64,000 nucleotides of DNA from the IMG/VR virus record IMGVR_UViG_3300035663_000001, positions 64,542 to 128,541 of that record; one strand, 5' to 3'. Each line of letters begins with the position of its first letter. Positions within the stretch are counted from its first letter, which is position 1. The notes under the pieces are model-generated. The model searched no databases. It saw only the letters and a program-made list of their open reading frames with translations, and was not told the DNA's origin. This document shows, piece by piece, positions 19,306 through 30,208 of the stretch. The stretch comes from a virus. The translations under genes were made by a program, and so were the position numbers.

Positions 19306-20031
19306 ATGAGCGTAGCAATATACGTTTCAGATTCTGGCAATAAAAAAATTATGGGGTCACATAAAGCAGATGCTACTTATGTTTCTATTAAGGCGTCTTG
19401 CCCGACTGATTGCCCATTAATGGGAGAAGGATGCTATGCCCAAACATCTTATGTTGGGATAACTAATGCCCGTCTCGATCAAAAGTCAGAGCACATTTCT
19501 CCCGTGCAAGCGGCGCAGGCTGAAGTCAAAGCTATTGATTCTGCTTATCAAGGAGGAGATGTTCCAGCACATCGAGATCTAAGATTGCATGTCGCCGGAG
19601 ATTCTCGGACTATTACTGGAACTCGTTTGATCAATAAAGCGATTGCTCGCTGGAAAAAAAGAGGAGGAGGAGACTGTTGGTCTTATACTCACGCTTGGAA
19701 AAAAGTTCCTCGACATGAATGGTCTCAAGTATCTATTTTAGCTTCAGTTACCTCTACCGCAGAGGTAGAGTTGGCTAGACAGCAAGGTTATGCTCCGGCT
19801 ATTGTGGTTCCAGAACATACCACCACTAAAGCTTATTCTTTACCAGGGTCTGATGTTAAGTGGATTCCTTGCCCAGCTCAAACAAAGCCGGGAGGCAAAG
19901 AAATTGGATGTACTGATTGTCGATTATGCTTCAATGCTGATCGATTGTATCGAGACCAGATGGGTATTTCTTTTGCCGCACATGGAGTTAAACAAAATAA
20001 TCTTAAACGTCGATTAATAGTTTTAAAGTGA
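19306..20031 (+). CDS. conserved Cys-rich phage protein (gp88-like, possible Fe-S)
   Basis: CPTDCP...CYA, RLHVAGD, SYTH, CPAQ, CTDCRLC. Confidence 0.55.
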   Translation: MSVAIYVSDSGNKKIMGSHKADATYVSIKASCPTDCPLMGEGCYAQTSYVGITNARLDQKSEHISPVQAAQAEVKAIDSAYQGGDVPAHRDLRLHVAGDSRTITGTRLINKAIARWKKRGGGDCWSYTHAWKKVPRHEWSQVSILASVTSTAEVELARQQGYAPAIVVPEHTTTKAYSLPGSDVKWIPCPAQTKPGGKEIGCTDCRLCFNADRLYRDQMGISFAAHGVKQNNLKRRLIVLK

Positions 20032-20032
20032 A

Positions 20033-20653
20033 ATGCAGGTTTTACCTTTAGTTAACCAGTATAATTATTGTTTCATTGATGAGAACAATCAAACCCTTTC
20101 CTTAGGAAAGGAATTGGGATCTGGCGCAGATGGTCAAGTATTTAATATCATTGAGTGCCCAGATAAAGTAATTAAATTGGGGGCTTATTACGAGCCGCCA
20201 TATTCTACGGATAAAAATATCGAACATACTTGGATTCACTTATCGAAAGTATTACACTCAATATTATTATCAAATAATAACTTGCTCGCTAAAGTTTATT
20301 ATTATGATAAATTAGGAGTCCATACTAGAACGATAAATAATCAGCCGCAAAGATTTTTACTTTATTATTATATTATGGAAAAACTCCATCCTCTGTCAGA
20401 GGATGAAATTAAAGTTTTTCATTCTTTAGTCTCTCATGAAGATCAAAATAAAATAAAGAAATATTCTTCATTAGAAATTAATAAAATATTACAAGGCTTA
20501 TCGATTGGGCTTGACTTCGACTTACACAAGGTTATGTTTTTTTGTAAAAATTTAAATAAATTAACTATCCAACATTCGGATCTTCATCCAAGAAATCTTA
20601 TGAAGGATAGTGATGGAAACTTTAAACTTATAGATTTTGATAGAACAAAATAG
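20033..20653 (+). CDS. protein-kinase-like enzyme
   Basis: LGSGADG, VIK, HSDLHPRN, LIDFD. Confidence 0.8.
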   Translation: MQVLPLVNQYNYCFIDENNQTLSLGKELGSGADGQVFNIIECPDKVIKLGAYYEPPYSTDKNIEHTWIHLSKVLHSILLSNNNLLAKVYYYDKLGVHTRTINNQPQRFLLYYYIMEKLHPLSEDEIKVFHSLVSHEDQNKIKKYSSLEINKILQGLSIGLDFDLHKVMFFCKNLNKLTIQHSDLHPRNLMKDSDGNFKLIDFDRTK

Positions 20654-20662
20654 GAGATAATT

Positions 20663-20944
20663 ATGGCAAATATTGATTTATCGTTACTCAAGTCACTAGT
20701 GGCAGAATTAGAAGCCAGTATGAAAACCACAGAAGAGAATAAAAAAACTGCGGAAAAGCATCAGTATGTACTTAACATGTCTAAATGTATGGGCCTTGCG
20801 GTTAGTATCGCAAATGAGTCTACCGCACTCATTGCTGACATGAAGAGTGTTATTGCTCAATCTTCTATTCCGGGTAAAGAAGATGCTTTAGCTAAAATTA
20901 TTAGTGTGTTAGCTAATCCCAATGGTTTACCAGAAACTAATTGA
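20663..20944 (+). CDS. hypothetical protein
   Basis: AGGAG RBS. Confidence 0.5.
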   Translation: MANIDLSLLKSLVAELEASMKTTEENKKTAEKHQYVLNMSKCMGLAVSIANESTALIADMKSVIAQSSIPGKEDALAKIISVLANPNGLPETN

Positions 20945-21231
20945 TAAAAGGATTGATTATGTCAAATAAGTTAAATGATGTTAAGGTGTTAGCTGCCAAA
21001 ATTGAGAATTTGGCTCGTGATGTTCAAAAGCAAGTAGATTCTGAGACTGATTTCTTGCCTGTTGCGAACGAGTTAGTTCGTAATAATTTGACTTTTGTTT
21101 TCACGTTGGGCGAATTTTATGCGCTCCAGCAGTCCAAAAATAAAAAAAATAACGGAGCCCTAGCCACAGCTGGAAACAAGACGTACTATAATGTACGTGA
21201 CTTGCGAGGCAGATTCGTTAAGTCAGTCTAA
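20941..21231 (+). CDS. hypothetical protein with C-terminal RDxRGRFVK motif (likely start 20959)
   Basis: ORF. Confidence 0.5.
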   Translation: MIKGLIMSNKLNDVKVLAAKIENLARDVQKQVDSETDFLPVANELVRNNLTFVFTLGEFYALQQSKNKKNNGALATAGNKTYYNVRDLRGRFVKSV

Positions 21232-21254
21232 TTTCTGACTAAGACACTCATCTT

Positions 21255-21509
21255 ATGAAAAGATTTAAGACCAATCTACACTTGTTAAGTAGGAAAGCGC
21301 CACTGTTAGTATTAGTCTCAATGATGAATACTATTATTTGCTCTACCATTGCTCTAGTGGTGATGTTAGAACTGACTCAAGCGTATCCTACTTCTAAATG
21401 GCCATTGGTAATTGGGATTTTAATTGCCCTGGTTGTCTGGGCCTGGATAGCATACAACCATAAAATTGTTAATTACATTAACACAGATAAGGAAGAAAAA
21501 CATGAATAA
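21255..21509 (+). CDS. small membrane protein
   Basis: two hydrophobic helices. Confidence 0.5.
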   Translation: MKRFKTNLHLLSRKAPLLVLVSMMNTIICSTIALVVMLELTQAYPTSKWPLVIGILIALVVWAWIAYNHKIVNYINTDKEEKHE

Positions 21510-21909
21510 CCCTACTAAGGATAAATTACTACAAGATATCAATCAATTAATTGATTCGACAGATGAAGTTCTCAATAGCTGGTCTGGAGATACCAATCTA
21601 CAATTCCCTGTTTTATTAGGAATGATTGCTGTTCGTAATAACTGGGATGAGAAACAGGTACGACGGGCCGATCCTTTTGTCCGAGAATATATTCGGAACC
21701 ATCCTGAATGGTATGTCACTCGTGGTGCTCATGGCGGCATTATGAGGGCAGCTGATAAAAATAAAAAAGAACAAGCTAAACTGTCTAAAGAGTTGACTAA
21801 AAAACAAATGAAAAGTGATTTAGAGGCTAAGGTAGCTGCGATGGAAAGCAAAGTAACCTCACAGGTTACCTCAGATGTATCCGAGGATGATTCGGCAGAA
21901 AACGAGTGA
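21466..21909 (+). CDS. winged-helix-like protein, paralog of 9073 (likely start 21502)
   Basis: VTRGAHGG motif. Confidence 0.5.
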   Translation: MLITLTQIRKKNMNNPTKDKLLQDINQLIDSTDEVLNSWSGDTNLQFPVLLGMIAVRNNWDEKQVRRADPFVREYIRNHPEWYVTRGAHGGIMRAADKNKKEQAKLSKELTKKQMKSDLEAKVAAMESKVTSQVTSDVSEDDSAENE

Positions 21910-22016
21910 TATAGGAATCATGCCCCTTACGAGATACGAAGGGGCCATTATTCTTAGATAATAGAATCTAGATATCTAGATGTCTAAAGACGCCGACAAG
22001 GCATAGAAAGGTTCAT

Positions 22017-22583
22017 ATGAAAAGTATTTTTTTAACATCTCTATTAGCAGTTAGTTTAATGTCTTGCTCGGCTTGTGCAGGAAATTCGTCCTCTAACGGA
22101 GGGAATACGGTAGATTTGCCTGCTACCATTGTTCCCTCTGCAGAACCTACTGAAGTTCCAGTACCCAAACCACCAGAGAAATTTACATTTTCCCAAGAAA
22201 ATTGGGAGTTTACGTTGCCAGAACCATGGCCCCTAGAAGGAGAGCAAGGAGAATGTACTCCACAAAATTGTGGGGTTGTCTTACGATCTCCCAATCGTGA
22301 GGCCATGGTAATTTTCATTAGGGAAACTTTTAATGAATCATTTGATACTTTTGTAATTCTTTCACTGAGAAGTCTCAAAGGAATTGATGCAGAAGTAATT
22401 TCTGCCGATCCAGTTATGATAAATGGTCATAATTTTGTATTAATTAAAGCCCTCAAGAATGAGGTAATTGTAGATAATTGGGTGACTGTCAAGAATAATA
22501 ATGCATATAATTTATCTTGCGGCGGATTTGGAGATAATGCTGAATTATGTTCGCAGATAGCGGCTAGTTTAATTATTAGGTAA
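22017..22583 (+). CDS. putative lipoprotein
   Basis: signal peptide and lipobox-like LMSC, Pro-rich linker. Confidence 0.55.
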   Translation: MKSIFLTSLLAVSLMSCSACAGNSSSNGGNTVDLPATIVPSAEPTEVPVPKPPEKFTFSQENWEFTLPEPWPLEGEQGECTPQNCGVVLRSPNREAMVIFIRETFNESFDTFVILSLRSLKGIDAEVISADPVMINGHNFVLIKALKNEVIVDNWVTVKNNNAYNLSCGGFGDNAELCSQIAASLIIR

Positions 22584-22795
22584 TGTCAATAAAAAACACC
22601 TTTCTAGACATTGAAGAAATAAATGAGGCTAATAAGGAACGTCTACTACAAATTAGACAGAACTTATTTGCCTCATGTGTTCGCAATGCTCAAAATGAAG
22701 AAAGAAAAGGGATGTATTTAATATCGGTTATTATTTTTACTGAGTTTGAAAGATTAACCCGACATATTACCGAGCCGGATATAATTAAAAATTAA
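22583..22795 (+). CDS. hypothetical protein
   Basis: ORF. Confidence 0.4.
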   Translation: MSIKNTFLDIEEINEANKERLLQIRQNLFASCVRNAQNEERKGMYLISVIIFTEFERLTRHITEPDIIKN

Positions 22796-23133
22796 ACCAA
22801 AATTTCTTGAAATCCTAAATCAAAATCCTTTTGAAAGTTTTCTTTCAAAGAACTTTTAACTGCTAAGTTAATTAACTTATCTCTTTTTTCTTTATGTTTA
22901 TTAATAGTCTCTTGTTTATTCTTGTCTAGATTAAGAGTAAAAGCTATCGTCTGTTCAGCTGGCATAGTAACATGAGATACATAGACTAAACCATCCATAA
23001 CTAATGGAAACTTTTTGAAGAGATCTTCAATAGAGTTTCTGACTATTTTTTTAACTAAATTAATCTCAGGTTTAGCGGCTTGCTTTTGTTGATAAAGCCA
23101 AGCCCATCTTAACATGTATCCCGTTTTATTCAT
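22792..23133 (-). CDS. hypothetical protein
   Basis: ORF. Confidence 0.5.
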   Translation of the reverse strand: MNKTGYMLRWAWLYQQKQAAKPEINLVKKIVRNSIEDLFKKFPLVMDGLVYVSHVTMPAEQTIAFTLNLDKNKQETINKHKEKRDKLINLAVKSSLKENFQKDFDLGFQEILV

Positions 23134-23164
23134 ATTATCAATGCGTTTAAATTGACAGCCTTAG

Positions 23165-23485
23165 GTGCAACTAATGTTAAAATTAACAGAAAAAAAAAAT
23201 CTATCACGACTAATTAAGAGAGAAATTAGGAAATCGGTAAATGCCGAATCCAATTGCCCCATCTCTATTATTGATGGAGATAGCCCACCTATATTAGTAG
23301 GTGAGTCCTATCATTATCAAAATAAATCAGGGGATAAGATTCAATATCCCAATGCTTATCGAAAAGCTTGGGGCAAACCAGTTTATATTAATTCTACTCG
23401 TCGTATTGAAGTAGGATCAGATTGGTTACTTAACCAAATGAGCCTGTACAATTTTAGATTATTGCGTTTGAAAGTTCTCCAATAA
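23165..23485 (+). CDS. hypothetical protein with RLLRLKVLQ tail
   Basis: ORF. Confidence 0.5.
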   Translation: MQLMLKLTEKKNLSRLIKREIRKSVNAESNCPISIIDGDSPPILVGESYHYQNKSGDKIQYPNAYRKAWGKPVYINSTRRIEVGSDWLLNQMSLYNFRLLRLKVLQ

Positions 23486-23486
23486 G

Positions 23487-24314
23487 ATGGACAATATTTT
23501 ATTAATTGATGGTTTAAATTTTATCTGGAGAGCCTGTATCAAATTTGGAGTACCACCAGTAGCCGATGTGGATGATACTACTATCTTTACTTTTAACTTC
23601 TTTAGAAATCTCAGGCCAATCATTGAAGATTTTAAACCACATAAATGCTTCTTCGTCTTAGAAGGTCATCCTCAATTTAGATACGATCTATTCGCCGATT
23701 ATAAAGCCAACAGAATTATCAAACAAGCTTCTAAACAAGAAACTCGAGATAAGTTTTACGCCACTAAAGAAAAAATATTGCAATTAATGCAATTTCTTCC
23801 CATCACTTTATGTCGAGCGGAAGCTTATGAAGCCGATGATGTGATTGCCACTCTGTGTGATAATATGCAGTTAGAGTCATTAACTATTATCAGTAGCGAT
23901 TCTGATTTTACTCAGTTATTACAAAGAAATTATCCTCATATTCAAATTTATAATCCCATTAAAAAAATATTTGTCGAAGCGCCACCTTATCCTTATGTCG
24001 CTCATAAATGTTTAGTAGGAGATAAGTCAGATAATATTCCTGGCATCTTAAAACCTAAAAAAGCTTTAGACACTATTAGTCATCCTCAACTATTTCAATC
24101 TTTTCTTTCGATCGAAGAAAATCGTGCCAATTTCAATATTAATCGACAATTAATTGAATTTAGACACGTTCCTGAAGAAGAAATTATTTTGCTGGATGGT
24201 CATGCTAATTTTGATGCTTTGCATCAAGCATTTCAAGAAATGAAATTTGAATCCATTACTAATGATAAGTCTTGGCATAAGTATGTGACAACTTTTAATT
24301 GCCTAAAATATTAG
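23487..24314 (+). CDS. 5'-3' exonuclease / flap endonuclease (T4 RNase H-like)
   Basis: LLIDG, YKANR, EADDVIA, SSDSDF.QL, GDKSDNIPG. Confidence 0.9.
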   Translation: MDNILLIDGLNFIWRACIKFGVPPVADVDDTTIFTFNFFRNLRPIIEDFKPHKCFFVLEGHPQFRYDLFADYKANRIIKQASKQETRDKFYATKEKILQLMQFLPITLCRAEAYEADDVIATLCDNMQLESLTIISSDSDFTQLLQRNYPHIQIYNPIKKIFVEAPPYPYVAHKCLVGDKSDNIPGILKPKKALDTISHPQLFQSFLSIEENRANFNINRQLIEFRHVPEEEIILLDGHANFDALHQAFQEMKFESITNDKSWHKYVTTFNCLKY

Positions 24315-24321
24315 GATTATT

Positions 24322-24924
24322 ATGCAAATTTTTCTGATAGGTATGCCCCAAAGTGGAAGAACCACCGTGGCCAAATATATTGCGTCCCATCATAATTATG
24401 GATATATTGATGCTACGTCTTGGATTCTCTCCTCTTTTAGAGAGCCATTAGAATCAGAAACGATAAGTCAATATCAAGACGCTAAACATACTTGGCTGTT
24501 AGAAAGAATAAAAGAAAATCCCAAACTAATTGTTAGCAATATTCAAGATATTATTTCAATTAATAAAAAAAATTATCAGACACATCAGTTTGTAATCGAT
24601 GGTCTCTTTTCTCCCAAAGATTTTACTGAGTTATTTGATTACCATCAAGATATGGTAATCTTTGTTAACCGTCTTAATAATCCAGCCGATTATCAAGATT
24701 ATGAAAACATTGGCGCCTCAGTTATTAGAGATTATTGTTTTTGGTTGTCTTCCGCTGATTGCTTACCAAAAGAAAGATGGATAGAATTTAATTTCTCTAT
24801 TCCAGGAGAAAATAATAATTACATGAGACAAATTGGTAGTAAGAACTCTATCTTTTTAGTGAAGAATTTAAATAAAGTAAATGAAATTTTAACTGGGTTA
24901 TTATCTCAACAACCTTATTCTTGA
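24322..24924 (+). CDS. P-loop NMP-kinase-like protein
   Basis: IGMPQSGRTTVA Walker A variant; VIDG. Confidence 0.6.
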   Translation: MQIFLIGMPQSGRTTVAKYIASHHNYGYIDATSWILSSFREPLESETISQYQDAKHTWLLERIKENPKLIVSNIQDIISINKKNYQTHQFVIDGLFSPKDFTELFDYHQDMVIFVNRLNNPADYQDYENIGASVIRDYCFWLSSADCLPKERWIEFNFSIPGENNNYMRQIGSKNSIFLVKNLNKVNEILTGLLSQQPYS

Positions 24925-25112
24925 GCTAAAATAGCAGCTAATTTTTTATCCTCTTCATCAATTAATTCTTGAATAACCTTATCAATAACTGCAGAACTAT
25001 ATGCTTCTGCTTCGGCTAATACTTCTGGAGAGGCTCTTCTTAATGCGGCTTCTTCTTCAGCAGTTAGTTTGAGGTTTCTATCATCTAAGAAAGCTATTTT
25101 TTTATTTTTCAT
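24915..25112 (-). CDS. hypothetical protein
   Basis: ORF overlapping upstream stop. Confidence 0.45.
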   Translation of the reverse strand: MKNKKIAFLDDRNLKLTAEEEAALRRASPEVLAEAEAYSSAVIDKVIQELIDEEDKKLAAILAQE

Positions 25113-26650
25113 TGGTTCCTTAAGGAGTCTAAGACTACTTGCAAAGCATTAAGTGGAGATTTATATTCTTTCTCTTTATTAAAGTTAACTATTAACTTTT
25201 CTCCCATAGATATCAATTCTTCTATTGAGAATGGTAAAGATTCTTGTTTAACTACTTTCTCTACCATTTTTCTAAAATTTTCAATTTGATTAATATCTTC
25301 ACTAGCCTTGATAAAAATAGGGTTTACATTCACTAATGTATCAGCCATATTTTTAGCTATTGCTTCTAATCTCTTTAAATTCTCTTTATTCTCCTCAGTT
25401 GGGGATTCTTTGAATAACGCAAAGGCCGCTGTTATTTTTAAACGTATCTCAATAATTTCTGGATGTTTATCTACGCTTTTTAGCAATTTCTTTTTAATTT
25501 CACTTTTTGCGCTTTGAGTTTTTTGTTTTAAACTCAAATTGACACCATCCAAAGTGCCAGAATCTCGACGAACTTTTCTATCTTCTATTTCTTTTTCACG
25601 TGATACATGAAAGCTACTTTGCTCTGTAGCTGCTAAAACTTTAGCAATAGCAGTCATTTTTTGCTGTAATTTTTTATTTTCATTTATTAGTTTCGACTTT
25701 TCTGGGTCGTTATCTGGTAATAAGCCAATTTTAGCAGCATTAGCTTTATATACAATAGCTAGTTGTTCAATGTCTACCACTCGTTTTTTTCTAGTTTCTT
25801 GAACAGCACTTCTTATTTTATCTCGATATTGAACATAAAGTTCAGGATCTTCTTTCATTTTTTTACGTAATTCTGTTTGTCTAGATTTTTCTCTAGCTAA
25901 TATTGAATCATATTTATCTTTATCTTTTTGCGTCTCTTGATACCATGCTTGTCTTTTAGCTTGATGCAATTTCCATTTTTCTGGGTCGGCTTTCATTTTT
26001 AAATATCTTTTTCTAGCTGCCGCTTGTAATGCTTCGTATTTCTTTTTAAATAGAGGATTAGTCTTATACAATTCAAGTGTTTCTTTGGCTTTTTCAGAGG
26101 CATCGTGCATTCTTTTAGCCCGATAACCCTCAGCATTAGGATTACCTTCCATTTCAGTCGAATAACCAAATTCTTCCGGTAATACCAAAGCCATCATTTC
26201 TGCTTCAGACACACCGTCTTCTTCATGTTTTTTAATATGCTGGTACACATCGTTAAAAACATTTTCAATAAATTTATTTAATGAAGCAGGATCTATATCC
26301 TCATTCTCTAAAAATGACGAACTTCCAATATACGCATTATTCAGTAACTTTTCATACAACCTTTTAAAGGTATCATACACTTCAATAGAATTACCTACAT
26401 CCTCATCTTCCTCTTCTAAAGTATCCATAAATACATTATATTGATTATAGAATGCTTCTAATAAAGAAAATAATTCTGGATTTTTAATATCAATGGAGTC
26501 ATAATCAGCTTCAATATTTCCAGTTAAAGAAAAGTCATCCTCTCCCGTGTCATCATCTGGCATAGTATAATATGTAGTTTGACCGAGAGACCGCAAGACC
26601 CTTCGATAAAATAAATCAGCTAATTTTAAGATTGTAGATAGTTGGCTCAT
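25109..26650 (-). CDS. large coiled-coil hypothetical protein
   Basis: 513 aa, acidic N half and basic helical C half. Confidence 0.6.
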   Translation of the reverse strand: MSQLSTILKLADLFYRRVLRSLGQTTYYTMPDDDTGEDDFSLTGNIEADYDSIDIKNPELFSLLEAFYNQYNVFMDTLEEEDEDVGNSIEVYDTFKRLYEKLLNNAYIGSSSFLENEDIDPASLNKFIENVFNDVYQHIKKHEEDGVSEAEMMALVLPEEFGYSTEMEGNPNAEGYRAKRMHDASEKAKETLELYKTNPLFKKKYEALQAAARKRYLKMKADPEKWKLHQAKRQAWYQETQKDKDKYDSILAREKSRQTELRKKMKEDPELYVQYRDKIRSAVQETRKKRVVDIEQLAIVYKANAAKIGLLPDNDPEKSKLINENKKLQQKMTAIAKVLAATEQSSFHVSREKEIEDRKVRRDSGTLDGVNLSLKQKTQSAKSEIKKKLLKSVDKHPEIIEIRLKITAAFALFKESPTEENKENLKRLEAIAKNMADTLVNVNPIFIKASEDINQIENFRKMVEKVVKQESLPFSIEELISMGEKLIVNFNKEKEYKSPLNALQVVLDSLRNQ

Positions 26651-26682
26651 GTGTACCTTGTCTTTATGGTATATATAGTTTT

Positions 26683-27573
26683 ATGAGTAAAATAAAATCT
26701 CCTTTTCCCTTTTTTGGAGGAAAAAGCAAGGTCGCTGATTTGATTTGGTCAAGATTGGGTCATGTTTCCAATTATATCGAACCTTTTGCCGGTTCATTAG
26801 CTGTCTTGTTAGCTAATCCTCATCCAGCCAAAATTGAAACTATTAATGATAAAAATCATTTTATTGCTAATTTTTGGCGAGCTATCACCATCGACCCAGC
26901 AGGAGTTGCTAAATTTGCCGACCATCCAGTCAATGAGGCTGATTTGCATGCCCGTCATCATTGGTTAGTATCTGATGCTACTGATGACTTTAAATATCAA
27001 ATGGATCATAATCCAGATTTTTATGATCTAAAAATTGCCGGATGGTGGGTCTGGGGAATCAGCGCCTCGATTGGATCCAGTTGGATGAACCCATATGGTG
27101 TAAATTCTTTACCCTTACTCTCTTCCGCCGGTTCAGGCATTCACGGATTAACTCATAATATTTTTGATTGGTTTACTGCTTTACAAACTAGATTGAGACG
27201 AGTAAGAGTAGCCTGTGGTGATTGGGAACGTGTCATGTCCCCCTCGATTACTTTTAAAAATAAAGGCTTGTCTCACAATGATGTGACCGCTATTTTTTTA
27301 GACCCACCTTACCTGACCTCAGGTCGAGATAAGGTTTATTTAGAGGAGTCTAATATTTTTCCTCAAGTTTATCAATGGGCATTAGACCATGGAGATTTAC
27401 CGAATGTAAGAATTGCTTTATGCGGTTATGACAGCGAGTTAACTTTCCCAGATACTTGGGAAACGGTGGCATGGAAAACTAATGGGGGTTTTGCTAATGC
27501 TTCTAATACTCGTGGTAGAGCTAACTCAGATAAAGAAAGAATTTGGTTTAGCCCTCATTGTTTGAAAATATGA
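26683..27573 (+). CDS. DNA adenine methyltransferase (D12/Dam class)
   Basis: FPFFGGKS, EPFAGS, DPPY. Confidence 0.9.
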   Translation: MSKIKSPFPFFGGKSKVADLIWSRLGHVSNYIEPFAGSLAVLLANPHPAKIETINDKNHFIANFWRAITIDPAGVAKFADHPVNEADLHARHHWLVSDATDDFKYQMDHNPDFYDLKIAGWWVWGISASIGSSWMNPYGVNSLPLLSSAGSGIHGLTHNIFDWFTALQTRLRRVRVACGDWERVMSPSITFKNKGLSHNDVTAIFLDPPYLTSGRDKVYLEESNIFPQVYQWALDHGDLPNVRIALCGYDSELTFPDTWETVAWKTNGGFANASNTRGRANSDKERIWFSPHCLKI

Positions 27574-27778
27574 TTTTTGAAACATTATAATTATGGACTA
27601 CAGTTTTCCGTCTCGAAAATTTTTATTTAAATGTGACTCCTGTCATATGATTATTAGCGTCACCTTTGACGAAGAAGAAGACCTTGAAAAAGTTCAAGAA
27701 GATACCATGGTATTGGAATGTACTTGCGAGGGTCGCTGCACCGTGCTTCGAGACTAATTTTTAAAAATGCGCCCGGCC

Positions 27779-27806
27779 TTGACAGCCAATTTATAGTTTT
27801 TACCTT
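27779..27806 (+). promoter_or_regulatory. sigma70-like promoter
   Basis: TTGACA-N16-TACCTT. Confidence 0.5.
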
Positions 27807-27830
27807 AGGTGGACGAAAGGGAGTCGCACC

Positions 27831-28361
27831 TTGGATCAAGAAAAGCTATTATCGGAATTGTCAACGATCCGTCAAGGATCAACGTTTATAACCCTGTTAG
27901 GTTATCGAAATAATAATCAAGAGTTAGCGGATTACAATATTATTTTCAATATCAATTATCGTAATGCACTATTACGATCTATTTCTATTCTTTCTAAAAT
28001 AGAAACCTCCTTTGATATAGAGGCACAAGCCAAGCAACAATTAATGAGAGAATTAAATAATTCTCTGTCTAAAAAATCTCCACATGCGATATATACCCAA
28101 GTTACAGGTCCCAATGGTCAAATCATTTCGGGAATTAAAAAGCATCATCAGACTGGTGTTCTTTATCTATCTGGGCTTATTAATAGTAAGCGTGTCATTG
28201 TGCCTGGGACTTATTCAAATCGTCAGCGTTGTGGCCTGGCACAAACTAAAGAACATTTTCGTAAAATGTTACCGATTAGTAAAATTAGACAGTTTACCTT
28301 AACCCCACAACATCTCAATACAATTGCCGTGCAAGGCAAACGATTAACTCTTCAATCTTAA
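27831..28361 (+). CDS. hypothetical phage protein
   Basis: GGGAG RBS, TTG start. Confidence 0.55.
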   Translation: MDQEKLLSELSTIRQGSTFITLLGYRNNNQELADYNIIFNINYRNALLRSISILSKIETSFDIEAQAKQQLMRELNNSLSKKSPHAIYTQVTGPNGQIISGIKKHHQTGVLYLSGLINSKRVIVPGTYSNRQRCGLAQTKEHFRKMLPISKIRQFTLTPQHLNTIAVQGKRLTLQS

Positions 28362-28394
28362 ATTGTTGTATTTATTTACAAATAAAGGATTTTT

Positions 28395-29948
28395 ATGGCT
28401 TCCAAGAAATTATTCAACTCTAAATCTACTGTCGCAGCACCTGTCACCAATACTACTAATAATGCCGGAGGATCAGCTTATGCCATGTCAGATAAGGCAG
28501 CCCTGGCTCAATTAGCCATGACCGGCTGTTTTAATGGCACCTATTATGTATCAGCCGAACATCAATTAGAAAAAGTTATCGAGTTGGCTAATAAATTGAG
28601 CCCCAAGTATGTAGCCAAGTTAGCAGTGTATTCTCGTCAACAAGGTTTAATGAAAGATATGCCAGCTGTCTTAGCAGCGGTAGTGGCTGGTAAAGATTCA
28701 GCGCTTTTATCACGAATCTTTCCTCAAGTTATTGATAGTCCCAAAATGTTGCGGAACTTTGTTCAAGTACTCCGTTCCGGAGTGACTGGTCGTAAATCCT
28801 TAGGTACCCGCCCGAAGAAATTAATCCAACAATATTTAGCATCCTTAACAGATGAGCAGCTGTTTAACGCCGATGTGGGCCAAGATCCATCATTAAAAGA
28901 CATCATTAAGATGGTGCATCCTAAACCAAATAGCGAATCTCGTTCAGCTTTATATGGATATCTTCTAGATAAGAAATATAATCCTCAGCACTTATGTCAA
29001 CTAGCAAAGCAGTTTGAACTTTTTAAAAAGGAAATGGGATCAGAAATACCAGACGTTCCATTTCAAATGTTAACACAGTTGCCATTGACTGACAGTCATT
29101 GGAAGCAAATTGCAGCTAATGCCACTTGGACCCAAACTCGATTGAATCTCAATACTTTTGAGCGTCATGGCGTTTTTAAAGATGCCAAACTGACGCAACT
29201 TCTGGCCAATAAATTGCAAGATGCACACCAAGTTGAGAAAGCGAAAGTGTTCCCGTATCAGTTATTTACTGCTTTCAAAAATATGAACTCAACGATTCCT
29301 TCTTCGGTCTCTATCGCTTTGCAACAAGCAGCCGAGATTTCGATGGAAAATATCCCTACCTTTCCAGGTCAAGTATATGTTATGGTTGATACTTCTGGCT
29401 CTATGAGTTCTCCGGTGACAGGTCATCGAGGCAGTGTTACTAGTAAAATGCGATGTATTGATGTCGCAGCTTTAGTCGCAGCAGCCATTATGCGAAAGAA
29501 TCCTAATGCCGAAATTATTCCTTTTGATACTCAAGTTCATTCCCATCGATTGAATCCATGGGATTCTGTCATGACTAATGCTCAGAAATTATCTAATTTT
29601 GGTGGAGGTGGAACGGATTGTTCAATTGCTTTGCGTCATCTTAATAATACACAGGCTTCCGGAGACCTAGTTATCTATGTCTCCGATAATGAATCTTGGG
29701 TAGATCCGACTCGTTATCGGAGTACCGCAACCATGGCTGAATGGGTTAAATTTAAGTCGCGTAATAAAAATGCTAAACTGGTCTGTATTGATGTTACTCC
29801 TAATGGTACTGTGCAAGCTAGTGATGGCAATGCCATTTTAAATATTGGCGGGTTTTCTGATTCGGTCTTTGAAGTAATTGCTAAATTTACGGAATTAGGA
29901 AATCACAAAGATCTGTGGATTAATACCATAGAATCAGTGGAGATATAA
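28395..29948 (+). CDS. rsr: Ro60/Rsr RNA-binding protein (TROVE + vWA)
   Basis: NNAGGSAY, LAQLAMTG, RKSLGTRPK, RLNLNTFERHG, VFPYQL, DTSGSM, GGGTD, SDNESW. Confidence 0.9.
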   Translation: MASKKLFNSKSTVAAPVTNTTNNAGGSAYAMSDKAALAQLAMTGCFNGTYYVSAEHQLEKVIELANKLSPKYVAKLAVYSRQQGLMKDMPAVLAAVVAGKDSALLSRIFPQVIDSPKMLRNFVQVLRSGVTGRKSLGTRPKKLIQQYLASLTDEQLFNADVGQDPSLKDIIKMVHPKPNSESRSALYGYLLDKKYNPQHLCQLAKQFELFKKEMGSEIPDVPFQMLTQLPLTDSHWKQIAANATWTQTRLNLNTFERHGVFKDAKLTQLLANKLQDAHQVEKAKVFPYQLFTAFKNMNSTIPSSVSIALQQAAEISMENIPTFPGQVYVMVDTSGSMSSPVTGHRGSVTSKMRCIDVAALVAAAIMRKNPNAEIIPFDTQVHSHRLNPWDSVMTNAQKLSNFGGGGTDCSIALRHLNNTQASGDLVIYVSDNESWVDPTRYRSTATMAEWVKFKSRNKNAKLVCIDVTPNGTVQASDGNAILNIGGFSDSVFEVIAKFTELGNHKDLWINTIESVEI

Positions 29949-29953
29949 AATAG

Positions 29954-30193
29954 ATGGCTATACATTTAATTATTACTGCCAAAGAGAAGGTTGATGCGGC
30001 CTTATTAACTGAACTTCAACATCTTGGCGTCACAGTTTCTAGTTCTTTAGAAGAGTTAGGGATTGTCTTAGGATCTGTTTCTGAAATCAATTTTGACAAT
30101 ACTCTACAACAGATACAAAATCTTACTCCTGTTCTAGGAGTAGAAATTGAAAACGAACTATCAGTTGGACCGCCAGATACAGAAATTTATTAA
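29954..30193 (+). CDS. small hypothetical protein
   Basis: ORF in operon. Confidence 0.5.
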   Translation: MAIHLIITAKEKVDAALLTELQHLGVTVSSSLEELGIVLGSVSEINFDNTLQQIQNLTPVLGVEIENELSVGPPDTEIY

Positions 30194-30208
30194 ACAATAG
30201 GAACAAGT